Source of the DNA: Octopus vulgaris
Taxonomy: Eukaryota
Length of the DNA: 64,000 bases
Direction of reading: 5' to 3'
Assembly (NCBI GenBank): GCA_951406725.2
Contig: OX597816.1
Location: forward strand, 96,100,001 to 96,164,000
Both the position numbers and the translations under genes were made by a program. The notes below the pieces were generated by a model. The model saw only the letters and a program-made list of their open reading frames with translations, searched no databases and had not been told where the DNA came from. Each line of letters starts with the position of its first letter. Position 1 is the first letter of the stretch. Below are positions 27,340 to 39,340 of the stretch, in pieces.

Positions 27340-28600
27340 GTCCCCATATTCTCTATCGTTATAGTTATTGCTAATATAAACTGCAGATAACATTACCATC
27401 CAGTGAAGTGAACACAGAATCACCCATCGGAGGAATTTACAGCATGAGGGCCAACACCAAGTAGTAATAGACAGTAAATACTAATCGATGTGGTTAGCCA
27501 TAACCTGGAACATATGGAACATAATTGAGAGCCCAGATAATATATGTTAGGGTTTTGGTCCACCCGAAATTACAGATAGGACTTGCTTTCTATATTGTGT
27601 CCTCATAAAAGCTTTTTATCTCTCTATACTTTTTACTTATATTTCTTATATATTTTTATATAATTTTCTTACATATTTATAGAGATATTGTTTTATAATT
27701 TTATTGCTCATATATTTTTTTACCCATAATTTTTCTGTATTCTACCTTCCACCCTGCATTTTCCTGTGCGTATATAGACGTGTATATGGATTTTTTGTGC
27801 GCGCGTGTGAGTGTGCATATGTGCTGGTATGTACGTGTATAGACGTGTGTGTGTGAGTGTGTGTGTGTGTGTGTGCATGCGAGTATGTGCGTATATAGAC
27901 ATGTTTTACTCTTATTGCTTATTTTTTTTACCTTTTTTACATATTTTTCTATATTTTGCCTTTTGCCCTGTTTTTTTTTGTACATGTTCCTATAGAGACG
28001 TGTATTGCTCATATTGCTTTTTTTTTTACACTTTTTATTACACATGTTTCCGTATTTTGCCTTTAGCCCTGTTTTTCTTGTGCATGTGCGTATATAGACA
28101 TGTGTATGAACCTTTTTTGTGGGCGTGTGAGTGTGCGAGCGTGTATGTGGGTATGTATATATTTTTTGGCGAATGTGTGGGTGAGCATGTGTGTGTTTCA
28201 ATTGTGGGTGGATGAGTATATACATATAGGCGCATGTACGAGGGTGTGCAGGTGCGCAGGTGTATATAGGGACATGTGCGCTTAACTCGATTAGTATGAA
28301 CATTTTTACTCCCTTACCTTTACCCGCCCCCCTTACTTAGTGGTCATTCTATTAGCTCTTTTGTCTTAATAACTGTCAATCACACAGTAATTTCCCATTG
28401 TTTTAACGGTCATTTTCATACCATTTTTTGTCGATGGCCAGATAACTGAAGAGATGCCGGCGTGGGTTTCCGCCCCGACATCCGAAAATCGGAGTTTTAT
28501 CATGTCTACCGAATAATTGTCACATATATTTATAGCTAAATTCTTCTATTTGCATAACATCGAGGTCTCTTTCATTATTTTGTTGTCTTGCCATTTCTAT

Positions 28601-28605
<5 letters not shown>
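27340..28605 (+). mobile_element. Penelope-like 3' remnant/pLTR ending in (TA)n
   Basis: Contains the HHR at 28441-28501 and terminates tttctatcaa(TA)n. 5' boundary uncertain. Confidence 0.5.
28441..28501 (+). ncRNA. Type-I hammerhead motif
   Basis: gataa CTGAAGA gatgccgg...ccgacatc c GAAA atc g gag T T ttatc. Confidence 0.7.
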
Positions 28606-28635
<30 letters not shown>

Positions 28636-29180
28636 ATATCTGTATGAGTCTGTGTGTGTGTGTGTGTTTGTTTGTCTGTTTGTCTGCCACTACCTCTTGA
28701 CAAATGGTATGATGTCTTTATATCCTGTAACTTGGCGATTTGGCAAAGGACATCAATGGAATAAGCAACAGGCTTAATACAATAAGATTCATTCGACTAA
28801 AAAATTCTCCAACGTGGTACCCACCACGTCCGCAATCTAACAGCTTATATATATATATATATATATATATGTGTGCTGGCGTGTGTCTCTGTGCCTTCTT
28901 TTATCTTTTACTTGTTTCAGCTGTTAGATTGCGGACGTGGAGGATTTTTTAGTCGAATGAATCTTATTGTATTAAGCCTGTTGCTTATTCCATTGATGTC
29001 CTTTGCCAAATCACCAAGTTACAGGATATAAAGACATCATACCATTTGTCAAGAGGTAGTGGCAGACAAACAGACAAATAAACACACACACACACACATA
29101 TATTATATATATATATATATATATTGATAGAAATATATATATGTATATATTGATAGAAATATATATATTGATACAGAAAT
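28594..29180. repeat. Local inverted duplication of a decayed SINE A segment
   Basis: 28640-28846 and 28919-29097 are near-identical reverse complements. Confidence 0.9.
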
Positions 29181-29736
29181 ATATATATGTATATATATAT
29201 ATAATTATGCTGCATTTATTTCTAAATGCTGTATTTGTTTTCCGTGAGAGTTTGGCGCGCTGTTGGTTGGGGCATTTGAATTATAACGTCCGATGTAATC
29301 AATTGAACCGCACGCGTATTTATCGTTATGGTAAAATCTGGCGTGTGATTGAGTGGATTTCATCCAGATAGTCTTGGCTGAAGAGCTACAAATGGATTAT
29401 TGTAAGTAATATTACATTTAATTCATTAATAGCGAAACAATTGTCCCAAAATAATCTGTATTTTTGTTATTTTTTATTTGCCCTGTCCGTGTGAGCTAAC
29501 AGTCGTACTGGCTTTCATGGGAAACATGTATTTTTCGTGGTTGAAACCTTTTGGATTAACTGGTGCTAGAGTGATCAATATAGTGACCACTCTCTTATAT
29601 TTATTTTATATATATACATATATACTTATACATATATACATATACACATACACACACATATATATATATACATCCATATATATACATATATGCATATATA
29701 TATATATATATATATACATATTTATATATACATTCA

Positions 29737-29780
<44 letters not shown>

Positions 29781-29843
29781 TACGTACATATTTATATATA
29801 CATATACATATTTTATGTATTCATACACACATACACACACACG

Positions 29844-29876
<33 letters not shown>

Positions 29877-30547
29877 GTTTATTTATGTACACAAACATAC
29901 ATATACACACATACATACAATAATTTATATTTTAACTGTTAACTTTGTAGCCCTCAGATATTATGTTATAGAATTCCAGTTTCCTTTGGGTTCATTCCCA
30001 TTTCCAAAGGCGTTTAATTGGAATTATAACATTAAGCATTCATTGGAATGCATACAAGTTCTCAACTGACTCTGGGTAAAGTTATAGGAGTAGAATAACT
30101 CAGGGACACGGTTATTCGGTGTTTTCATCGATGTTCATGATCTTTAAGAGTTCAAACATTTTCTGTCTGTCCTCAATATTTGAAATAACTTAAGATAGGT
30201 CTGGAAATGTAGAGCTTGGCTTCATATGCGCTTCGAGTCGAGACGTGTGATCTAAACGGCAACGCTCTCCAACGAAAGCTGCTCTTGTACTATTCGGCTG
30301 AAAAGTGTTAGGAATGTATATGTGACTGGTAAATGTTAATCCAATAATGAACGAGCCTTTCTATGCTAGATTTTACATTCTAACCAAATATGTATTTTTT
30401 ATAGACATGCGTACATATTAACATATTGGAGACTTTTAGAAGAGAGAAGTTCTTTGGTGTAAGAATAGATATATGTATGTATGTATGTATGATTGTAAGT
30501 ATGTATGTATGTATTTATAAATATACGTATATGTATATATATATATA

Positions 30548-30605
<58 letters not shown>

Positions 30606-30611
<6 letters not shown>

Positions 30612-31041
30612 ATTGAAATGGATAAATGAATTATCTTGTTACGGATTATTCAAAATTTAACCGATACCTGGGTAGCAAAAATCACAACAGAAAAAACACG
30701 GTTGAGGTTACGACCATGGGGTGTCGCAACCGTGCATTAGCGCGGATAATTGAAGTTTTATATATTTAGTGAAGGGAAGAAATGGAGCTGAACGAAGATT
30801 CTACAAAATTCCTTTTTATTATTTTCTACACATGTTTCAAAGGCTGCAAATTTCCAAATTCGGATTGAATAAGGAGACCATTTTGCAGCTTTCTCCTCAG
30901 GAAAAACCAGGAATTTAAATCTCCAAACAAATGCGCAGCAAGCTATTCGAATTTGGAAATTTGCAGCCTTTGAAACATGTGTAGAAAATGATAAAAAGGA
31001 ATTTTATAGAATCTTCGTTCAGCTCCATTTCTTCCCTTCAC

Positions 31042-31046
<5 letters not shown>
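30606..31046 (-). mobile_element. pLTR-like HHR unit with inverted partial copy, between (TA)n tracts
   Basis: 30760-30863 is the reverse complement of ~30947-31046. The minus unit continues to the (TA)n at ~30605. Confidence 0.75.
30822..30905 (-). ncRNA. Type-I hammerhead motif, intact core
   Basis: ttttc CTGAGGA g aaagctgcaaa...tttgcagccttt GAAAC atgt GTA gaaaa. Confidence 0.8.
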
Positions 31047-31079
<33 letters not shown>

Positions 31080-31325
31080 TAAATAAAACATATGCATATA
31101 TACATACATATATGTACGTACCTACCTCTACATGTATATATACATGCATATATGGGTACAGGACACCAAAAAAAAAAAACGTCGAACACAATGAGAAACG
31201 AAAACATAAACACAAAACCGAGGAAATGGACATTTTTTTAAACAACGAAAAAATAGAGTACAGGACATACAAACAAGGAAAATTCCCCTTCTTCAGTCGC
31301 CTTAATTTCATCTACTCCACGTCTC
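31080..31325 (-). mobile_element. Short (TA)n-embedded repeat family (copy at 58507-58800 +, related 18640-18790)
   Basis: Shared gtgttcgacg...ggtgtcctgtacc(c/t)atatatgcatgta. Confidence 0.75.
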
Positions 31326-31470
31326 GATATATATATATATATATATATGTAATATTTGTTCTTACAAGCTATTTTTTTAATCTGTTATGATAAAATGAAT
31401 TTTACATTTATCTGATGGGTTACTCTATACTTTTGTACAGTACAAATTTATTATTCTTAAACACTATTTA

Positions 31471-31540
31471 CAGTGACTTCGAAGTTTCGCCCACTCAAAC
31501 CTACATACCCAAAGTAGATTTTAACTCATCAGAGACCTAT
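31471..31540 (-). ncRNA. Degenerate hammerhead motif (stem I lost)
   Basis: CTGATGA gttaaaatctac...gtaggtttgagtgggc GAAAC TTCGAA GTC. Perfect palindromic stem III; inverted echo at 31594-31612. Confidence 0.45.
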
Positions 31541-32732
31541 ATAAAGCCAGACTTAACTACGATACATCATGGCCCGATTATGGTTCACCTGGCCGAGACT
31601 TCGAAGTTACTGATCTTGAAATGCTTGTTTAAGAATTTCGAGGTCTGATGAGTAAGTATCCAGACTGTTACCATAGTAACGAAGCTAAAGCACGCAGAGT
31701 AAAGCCGCTTGGCAAAGATTGACCTTGAACTCTGCTGTGCAGGCGTACTTAAGTTTTAACGTTTTAGCTCATTTCCGCTGTTTACAGCAGTGCTTCGAAG
31801 GGAGGTGTGAAGCGTGTGATCGTCGCATTGACGTAAAAAGATATGACATAAAAATAATAGAATTGATTATGTCGTATTGTTACAATTGTTTCATTATAGG
31901 TGTTTCTTTTGATGTAAATTGGTTATAGTCGGGTATGCAGTAAATACAGCATCCATACGATTACGCAATATGTTACGCAACTCTTAAATCATCAGGCTAC
32001 TAAATAAACAAGAGGGGATATGCTGGTTAATGAACAGATCATCGCCAAGGGAACTTTCACAGAATTACCAAAATTTAAAAAATCTAAAGCGGGTGGGCCC
32101 ACAACCTATCGATCACAGAGAGTGGATAGTTGACTGTTCTTTAACTATTCTTTAATTTACATCGTAAATTAAAGAATAATTAAAGGCACTTATATTCCAA
32201 TAGTGTCCTTAAACTTAGCAATCTCATTCATCAAGAATAGTAGTGACAGAACATGCTTGATTGCCGGAGGATAGCAGGCACAGAACTTGACATTTGATTC
32301 TTTCAAAACATATCCAAAGAACAGCAGACGACTCTATTTATAAAAGAACCGTTTACCTTGCTATGTTGCTTGAAGTTATCTACATTGACAATTGGCCTGG
32401 TTAATAACATCTAACGTTACTGATTCACTCTCATAATTGATTAATCTTAATAGAAGTACTTCGTTTAATTATTAGAAAACTAATAGAATATCAGCTTTAA
32501 TCAACGGAGAATAAGCTTGTAATTCAAAGAGAATAACTTAATGAAATACATAGTTTAGAGATCTTCCCTCCAAAATTCAGTGGAATGAAAAAAAAAAAAG
32601 GATATAGAGGTAAAAAGAAAAGAAAAAGGGATAGAGAAGAGGATAAATCAAATAGAGAGAACGGTTAACATATTGACAGGAAAGTGGTTTGGGCATGAAC
32701 GAATAATTATGCACCCTAGACTAATGAATGTA

Positions 32733-33320
32733 TTGTGTTTAGTCAAAAGTTTTGCAATATTTTGATAATTTGTTTGCTTTATTTGTCAAGTTACAACAAA
32801 AGCAGCTTAGCATTCAAAGCAGAGGTCACAGTGTTGCACCGTCTGAAGTCACCTTTTTGGCACTTCTTAGATCCCACGCTGATATTAGTTCTTATCGTTC
32901 AAGGCGAAGAACTTCCTCACTCCTCCTCTTCCATCTCCTCTTGGTTGATGAATCGTCGCAAGCTCAGGAAGCGAACCATAGACTGAAACTAATAATCTGT
33001 GGGAGCAACGTCCGGACTATATGCTGGTTGTGGCATGAGTTCGATTCTTTCAAGTTCTTGGAGTTTATTGCGGATCGTTTGAGCGGTATGAGGTCTTGTG
33101 TTGTCTCGCTTTCTGTTAACCAATGCCGGGTATTTTTGCCACACAATAACATACATTTGTTCAAGCTGTTCGGAATACAGGTTGGCATCGATGGTTCGAG
33201 CGTCCGAAACGAACTTGTAGTGAATTACCCTCTCAAAATTCCAACAGACGCCAAGCATCATCTTACTTTCGATACACGCATATTTGGTGAGAGGTTCCGG
33301 ATGCTGAACCTTGGTTAGTA
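32733..33320 (-). mobile_element. Mariner transposase remnant
   Basis: KMMLGVCWNFERVIHY...DNTRPHTA...QPAYSPDVAPTDY. Confidence 0.85.
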
Positions 33321-33382
33321 ATTTCTTATGGACATTAGGATTGCGGACGAACATTACCTTCGGATTATTACTTGCATGCAAA

Positions 33383-33780
33383 GGCGGCGAGCTGGCAGAA
33401 ATGTTAGCACGCCGGGCGAAATGCGTAGCCGTATTTTGTCTGCCGTTACGTACTGAGTTCAAATTCTGCCGAGGTCGACTTTGCCTTTCATCCTTTCGAG
33501 GTCGATAAATTAAGTACCAGTTACGCACTGGGGTCGATGTAATCGACTTAATCCGTTTGTCTGTCTTTATTTTCCCCCTCTATGTTTAGCCCCTTGTGGG
33601 TAATAAAGAAACAGGTATTTCGCCTGTCTTTATTTGCTGAGTTCAAATTCCGCCGAGGTTGACTTTGCCTTTCATCCTTTCGGGGTCGATAAATTAAGTA
33701 CCAGTTGCGTACTGTAGTCAATCTAATCGACTGGCCCCCTTCCCCAAAATTTCGGGCCCATGTGCCTAGAATAGAAAAAA
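33383..33780 (+). mobile_element. Dimeric SINE family B with target-site duplication
   Basis: tRNA-like head ggcggcgagctggcagaa...gagttcaaattc; MetaSINE-like core gactttgcctttcatcctttcggggtcgataaattaagtaccag twice. TSD ttattacttgcatg(c/t)aaa at 33365-33382 and 33781-33798. Confidence 0.9.
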
Positions 33781-34489
33781 TTATTACTTGCATGTAAATT
33801 TCTTCCGATAATTACATAATGTAGCTAATATCGAGATGGGAATTTTATATATTGCTTAATTAACATGTCACACACTTGTAACCTGAGGAGTTGAGAGTTG
33901 CGCAATATACCACGTAATCTTATGGAAATTGTGTATACTGCATGCGTGAAAGCACAGTGCTTGCGTCACGACTTTTAATGAACCAATTGTAGCAATATCA
34001 GATAACCCATTTGTCTGTTTGTATAGCATGTATGTATCTGTAAATAAATAAATAAATGACCTGCGAGGGAAGAAATATGAAACCATGAATGTAACACTTG
34101 CCAGGGAAGAAGACACCAGCAATAATGACCCTACCACCACCAATGTGTACAACCAAAGAGATGAAAGGGTTAAAAAGTAAATGAATGAAAAAAAAGAAAA
34201 ACCACCGAAAACAAACAGGACCAAAACGATGATGATGACACAAATAAAAAAAAAGAAGAAAAAAACAAAAAAATAGCTCATTAGACGAAGGAAATAAATA
34301 AGTTAGACTACTCATAAGCGAAGGTACAAATACCTAAAAAGAAAACAAACCCTGAGACAAGGAAGACTTCAGACTACAAATATAGAAGGGTGAAAGAGCA
34401 CGCACAAGTGTTAACTGCGCAGTGTCTGCTGGCATGGAGACGTCGATGCAAACTGTTGTTTCGTACCCTCAAATATTTACATGTATACT

Positions 34490-35530
34490 AATAATAATTG
34501 GAGCACTTGGTTAAATAAAGGTTTAACTGTCAGTCTGGATAAGTTTGGATTTTCGGAAAAAGAAATCAATCAAATGATTCGCACTTTCGAAATGCAACCT
34601 GTAAGCGGAGCACTAAAGCTTTGCAAGACATTTCTCGGGTTTAAAATGTGACCTTGTTTTCCTTATCTACATTCTAACAATGGAGCTTTGTATCTTTGTT
34701 GTTTGCAGCCAGCTCCTTCTTCCTCCGAAGAATTTAAATAAGGAAGAACATAAAAGAACATACATACAAACATACATTTATACATGCATGCATGCAGATA
34801 TAAATATTTCTTTGAAAATCAAAGAAAAAGAGGATATATATGGAGAACTACATCGAAACCTCCAGCTTCTATATCCAGATTATGAATTCATATTAATACC
34901 AATGATAATTGTGGAGGTGCAATGGCCCAGTGGTTAGGGCAGCGGACTCACCGTCGTAGGATCGTGGTTTCTATTCCCAGACCGGGCATTGTGAATGTTT
35001 CTTGAGCGAAAACACCTAAAGCTCCACGATCTCCAGCAGCGGGTGGTAGCGAACCCTGTTGTACTCTTTCACCACAACTTTCTCTCACTCTTTCCTCCTG
35101 TTTCTGTTGTACCTGTATTTCAAAGGGCCAGCCTTGTCACACTCTGTGTCACGCTGACTCTCCCCGAGAACTACATTAAGGGTACATGTGTCTGTAGAGT
35201 GCTCAGCCACTTGCACGTTAATTTAATGTGCAGGCTGTTCCGTTTGATCAACCCTTGTCATCGCAACCGACGGAGTGCTACGAGGTATTATTGGAGCGCT
35301 AGGTTTTGTTAGTAAATGCTTAATGGAGAATCTGGATAATCCGAGATTTTCAGAAAAAGAAATCGACCGGCTAATTTGTACAGTACAAGTGTAGTCTGTG
35401 AGTGGGACAGTAAAAATATGCAAGACTTTTCTCAAATTCCAAATGTGTTAACTACATCCCAAAGATAGAGCCTTGTATCTTTGTTGGAAACCGGTTCCCA
35501 CCTCGGCGGAAGATTTATAATAATTAAAAT
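34490..35530 (+). mobile_element. Two degenerate RLE-LINE 3' ends; second interrupted by a SINE
   Basis: ISLKIKEKEDIYGELHRNLQLLYPDYEFILIPMI[SINE]IGALGFVSKCL...VKICKTFLKF. Confidence 0.7.
34912..35283 (+). mobile_element. tRNA-derived SINE (family C)
   Basis: A box tggcccagtggttagggc, degenerate B box, cttgagcgaaaacacc core. Related head at 47105-47360. Confidence 0.75.
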
Positions 35531-36119
35531 ATAGAAGAGACATACATACATACACGTATGACTTCGATTTTTATTTATTTATCAAGATTCTTCCTAGAGG
35601 TTATGATGGGGCCGGGGAACCGGATTCTAACAGCTTCGCGCGCAGCCACATGGTTTTGTGTTTACTTCATAGCACGGAAAAATCGCTGAGTAGTTAACTT
35701 AAGTGATCTACTTTTAAAAATATATAATAACCATCTTTTTTAAAGAGATGGAGAAGTGAAATGAGAGAGGTGGGGGATAGCAATATAAACATACACACAC
35801 GTGTTTATATATATGTATATTCCTATCAGGAACATATATATATATATATATATTTATTTATATTTATATTTACTATGACTAATATTTAACAATAGCGGAA
35901 TTGAATTGATATAAACAAGTTATGGTACAACTGGTTAGGAAGTGAATTAGCTTAAATGAGAGGCAATTTAGGCTTTGCCAGGTCGGGGCAATACAAATGG
36001 TGACCGGTCACAGGAAAAAAAATGTCACAATTAATCTATGGGATCCGGAAAACCATCCCCCCAACAAAACCCCCTCAGAAACCCCTCCTCCTACCGTACA
36101 AAACCCCTGTGACTTTTTT

Positions 36120-36248
36120 AACATTGTTTACATTATTTACATTTGATGCAGATTTGTCCTCATCTTGTTTGTTGTTAACACATTTCGGCTGATATACCCT
36201 CCAGCCTTCATCAGGTGACTTGGGGAAATTTCGAACCTGGGTTCTCAT
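36120..36248 (-). mobile_element. Fragment of the 15-kb HHR-SINE family (3-nt deletion in HHR stem III)
   Basis: cacCTGATGAaggctggagggtatatcagccGAAAtgtgttaacaacaaacaagatgagg. The same family's 3' end also appears at 10878-10930. Confidence 0.8.
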
Positions 36249-36287
36249 GTACCACCGGGCATACAGACACAAGTGTGTTCCTATCGA

Positions 36288-36505
36288 TTTTGTTTCTTCA
36301 TAATTTTCAGTGCGTGTCTTTTCATTTTTTGTGTTAGCGTTTTATCTGCCATGAGGGAACTGAGAAATCTTTTACAGACACCAGTTGGCATGTCCGTACA
36401 GTTTTGCCCTCCTCCCTACTGACTTTGTTTCCTCACAATTTTCACTGCGTGTCTTTTCATTTTTTGTGTTAGCGTTTTATCTGCCATGAGGGAACTAAAA
36501 GAAAT
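36288..36505 (+). repeat. ~75-bp direct duplication
   Basis: gtgtcttttcattttttgtgttagcgttttatctgccatgagggaact occurs twice. Confidence 0.9.
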
Positions 36506-36574
36506 AAGAAACCTTTCAATAGGTTTGAAGAGAGTATTATACGGATGATTAAGTCTCTACAGATACCCCTCGCA

Positions 36575-37407
36575 CACTAGAGTAGCTAAGGGGGCTGTAG
36601 GGGTTAGGGTTGGGGCACTTTTGGAGGGGCGGCACTTTTCATCTTGTTGTAGCCTATAAACCAGAATAGATTATATTGAAATAATACGGTATGCGATAAT
36701 TACCGATATTATATATAATATATATATATATATAAAATACTGGAAATGCACGACTTCTGAATCTGCTATAGGCAATAAGTGTTTTTTGTGGGGCCTGGGG
36801 TGGGGTGGAGGGTCAAACGGAAAGGCCTCTCCGGGCGGCGAAATCTTTTTTCTCCAGAACTCTCTGGACCCAGTTATGAACTCATTTACATACAGCCAAT
36901 CAATGCCCGACTATCAAACTAATTTATGAGCGCACAACAAGTGATGGGCGATAAGATAAGGTCACTTGGTTAAGGGATGACACGGCTTCTTTCCTCTTCT
37001 AAAAATGCTTGTTGTTCTTGTTCTTGTTTCAACCATGGCTACCTCTGCGTAGTTATTTGTGTTGTTCCTTACTTTGTAAAACAGTTAGGGGTGAGGGTTG
37101 CTAACACATCACTCTCTACCTACATTTTCCCAGCCATATATGGGGCCCTAACAAAATCCGATAACAGATATAGATGCAAATCTATCTAATTACTTGTCTC
37201 CCTCTGAAATCAGGCATAACTTGGCGATCGGTCGACTTACGACACCGTTCTTCGTTTTGAGTTTATTTGGTAGCGTGTTTGTTAACTTGACAAGGTTAAG
37301 GCAAGCTCCGATTGGCTGTATGCAGATGAATTCATAACTGGGGGGCCAGAACTCTCGTGGGAAAAATTTCGCCGCCGGGTGGCACACACTTTAGCCATGC
37401 ACTCTGT
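36575..37407. mobile_element. Degenerate hAT-like MITE with internal inverted repeat
   Basis: Ends ...gtagctaag / cttagccatgc... Internal 36830-36905 is inverted at 37310-37380. No TSD seen. Confidence 0.4.
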
Positions 37408-37924
37408 ATATGAACCGCCGTTGCTGTTACTGTCAACATCACCGCCACCCCAAGGCAGCTTTGATCCGATACACATACGACCAAAGACATTCCAGCCTTG
37501 ACCATCTCGAAATTTTTATATATCAGGGACTTCGTTTGAGACAGTTGGGTGTTGGTGATTTGAAGAGGGAGATTTGACTGGTATTTCTAGAAGGTCGAAT
37601 AACTATGAAGAGGCTCTCTCGCTGGTTCACGTGTGAACTGCATTCAGTGAATTGTGAACTTGTCTCATCGTTGTTTGGAGATTTGCCGATGCAATACGGG
37701 TTTTGTTAATGTTATATTTGGATTGCGGTGTCATCAGCCATGTTGGACCAATGCTAGATCTAGCAGTCCCAAGACTTTGGCTGAGGACTGATCTTAGACT
37801 TTGCTGCTGTTTAAGATACCGATGGTAATGATTATGACGACGATGATGATGCCGATAAGGACCTTGATGGGGAAGATGCTGGTGGTGGTGGTGGTGGCGG
37901 TGGCGGTGACGGCGGTTGTGGTGG

Positions 37925-37955
<31 letters not shown>

Positions 37956-38844
37956 AATGCAGATGACGGCGATGCCGACGACAACGACAATGACGATGAC
38001 TAGACCATTACCAAATCTAACTTTCTTTAAAACGTCTGAAGATTTTAGTTGAGGACCGACCATGGGGCTATTTATGATGCCGAAGACGACGATGATGATG
38101 ACGACGACAATCACGACGATCACGGCGACAACGACCACGATGGCCACCACGATGACGACCACCACGAAGATGATGATAATGATGATAGAGGTGTTAGTTG
38201 GAGTGGTGATAACTTACGTATTTGTGTGTATATGTGTATGAGTGTTTGTATATGTGTGTGTGTATGTTGCATGTGTCTGTCTGTCTGCACGTAAATGCTG
38301 AGAGAGATCAACATTAGAAATGTGTTTGTAGCCACTTATTTGTGTGTCTAATGATTAAGTGTTACATCAAATGACAATATACGAGGATAAGTACATGTGT
38401 GCACGTGTGCGTGTGTGTGTGTGTGTGTATGCGCGCGTGTGTGTGTGTACGCACGCATGTGGGATATGGGAACAGGTGCCTCTTGCTACTCTCGCCAGCG
38501 TCACCACTCCCTTCCAATCCGCCGATCTATGAGAACTTCACATTAAAATCTATAGGAGTCTATCGCCACACCGGACAAATAGATAAGTAGAACAAAGTGT
38601 TAGAATGAAGATAAGGTGTATTCCTCTACTGGAGAAATACATCCTGTACACCATGGTAGACGTAGACACAAAAGGTCAATGTACAAGAACACTGTCATCG
38701 ATGTGCACTCATAAGAGCTCTCATGTTGACAGTTGAACAGAAGGAGATTTCCTTAAGGACTTGTCAACGTCTGATGTTGTTTTCTAGGTGTTTTGAGTGT
38801 GAGCGTCGTTGATAGGTGTGTGTGTGTGAGTGTGTGTGTGTGTT

Positions 38845-38903
<59 letters not shown>

Positions 38904-39340
38904 TTGTATATATATATATATGCTTGGATGCGCTCGACGTGTGACAGTTAAACTGCTTGCGTTTCAGTCCCAATGTTAATCGCGTTAAACTTCCGCTGTC
39001 GATTGTGCACACAAACCGTCCGTATCTGAAAGCAGACTATGATGTAATACAAACAGTGCACCAATAGTTACAGAGAAAACATGGGCATTGATTTGATACT
39101 CCTGTATTTTAACTGATACATGTTTCAATATTCAGCAACACATGACGGTCATAATATAGATTAAATCAGTAGATGCACCCTGTAGAACCAGTATGGTGAG
39201 CAAAAGCTCTACATCATGTTGATATCACCAAGGCACTTAGAGACATCTTTCAATATAATGCTTTCGTCTGTCGGCGTAGCTAACAAGGTAGGCTATCATA
39301 AAAATGAGAACATTAAAACAGAAATAGATTCGAATAGAAA

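Noticed and set aside
37800-38200. Acidic/Gly/His-rich exon
   Set aside because: Degenerate (GAT/GAC/GGT)n low-complexity tract with stops and no convincing splice sites.
38590-38740. Short ORF containing RRRHKRS (furin-like site)
   Set aside because: Short, no signal peptide or splice support; expected by chance.
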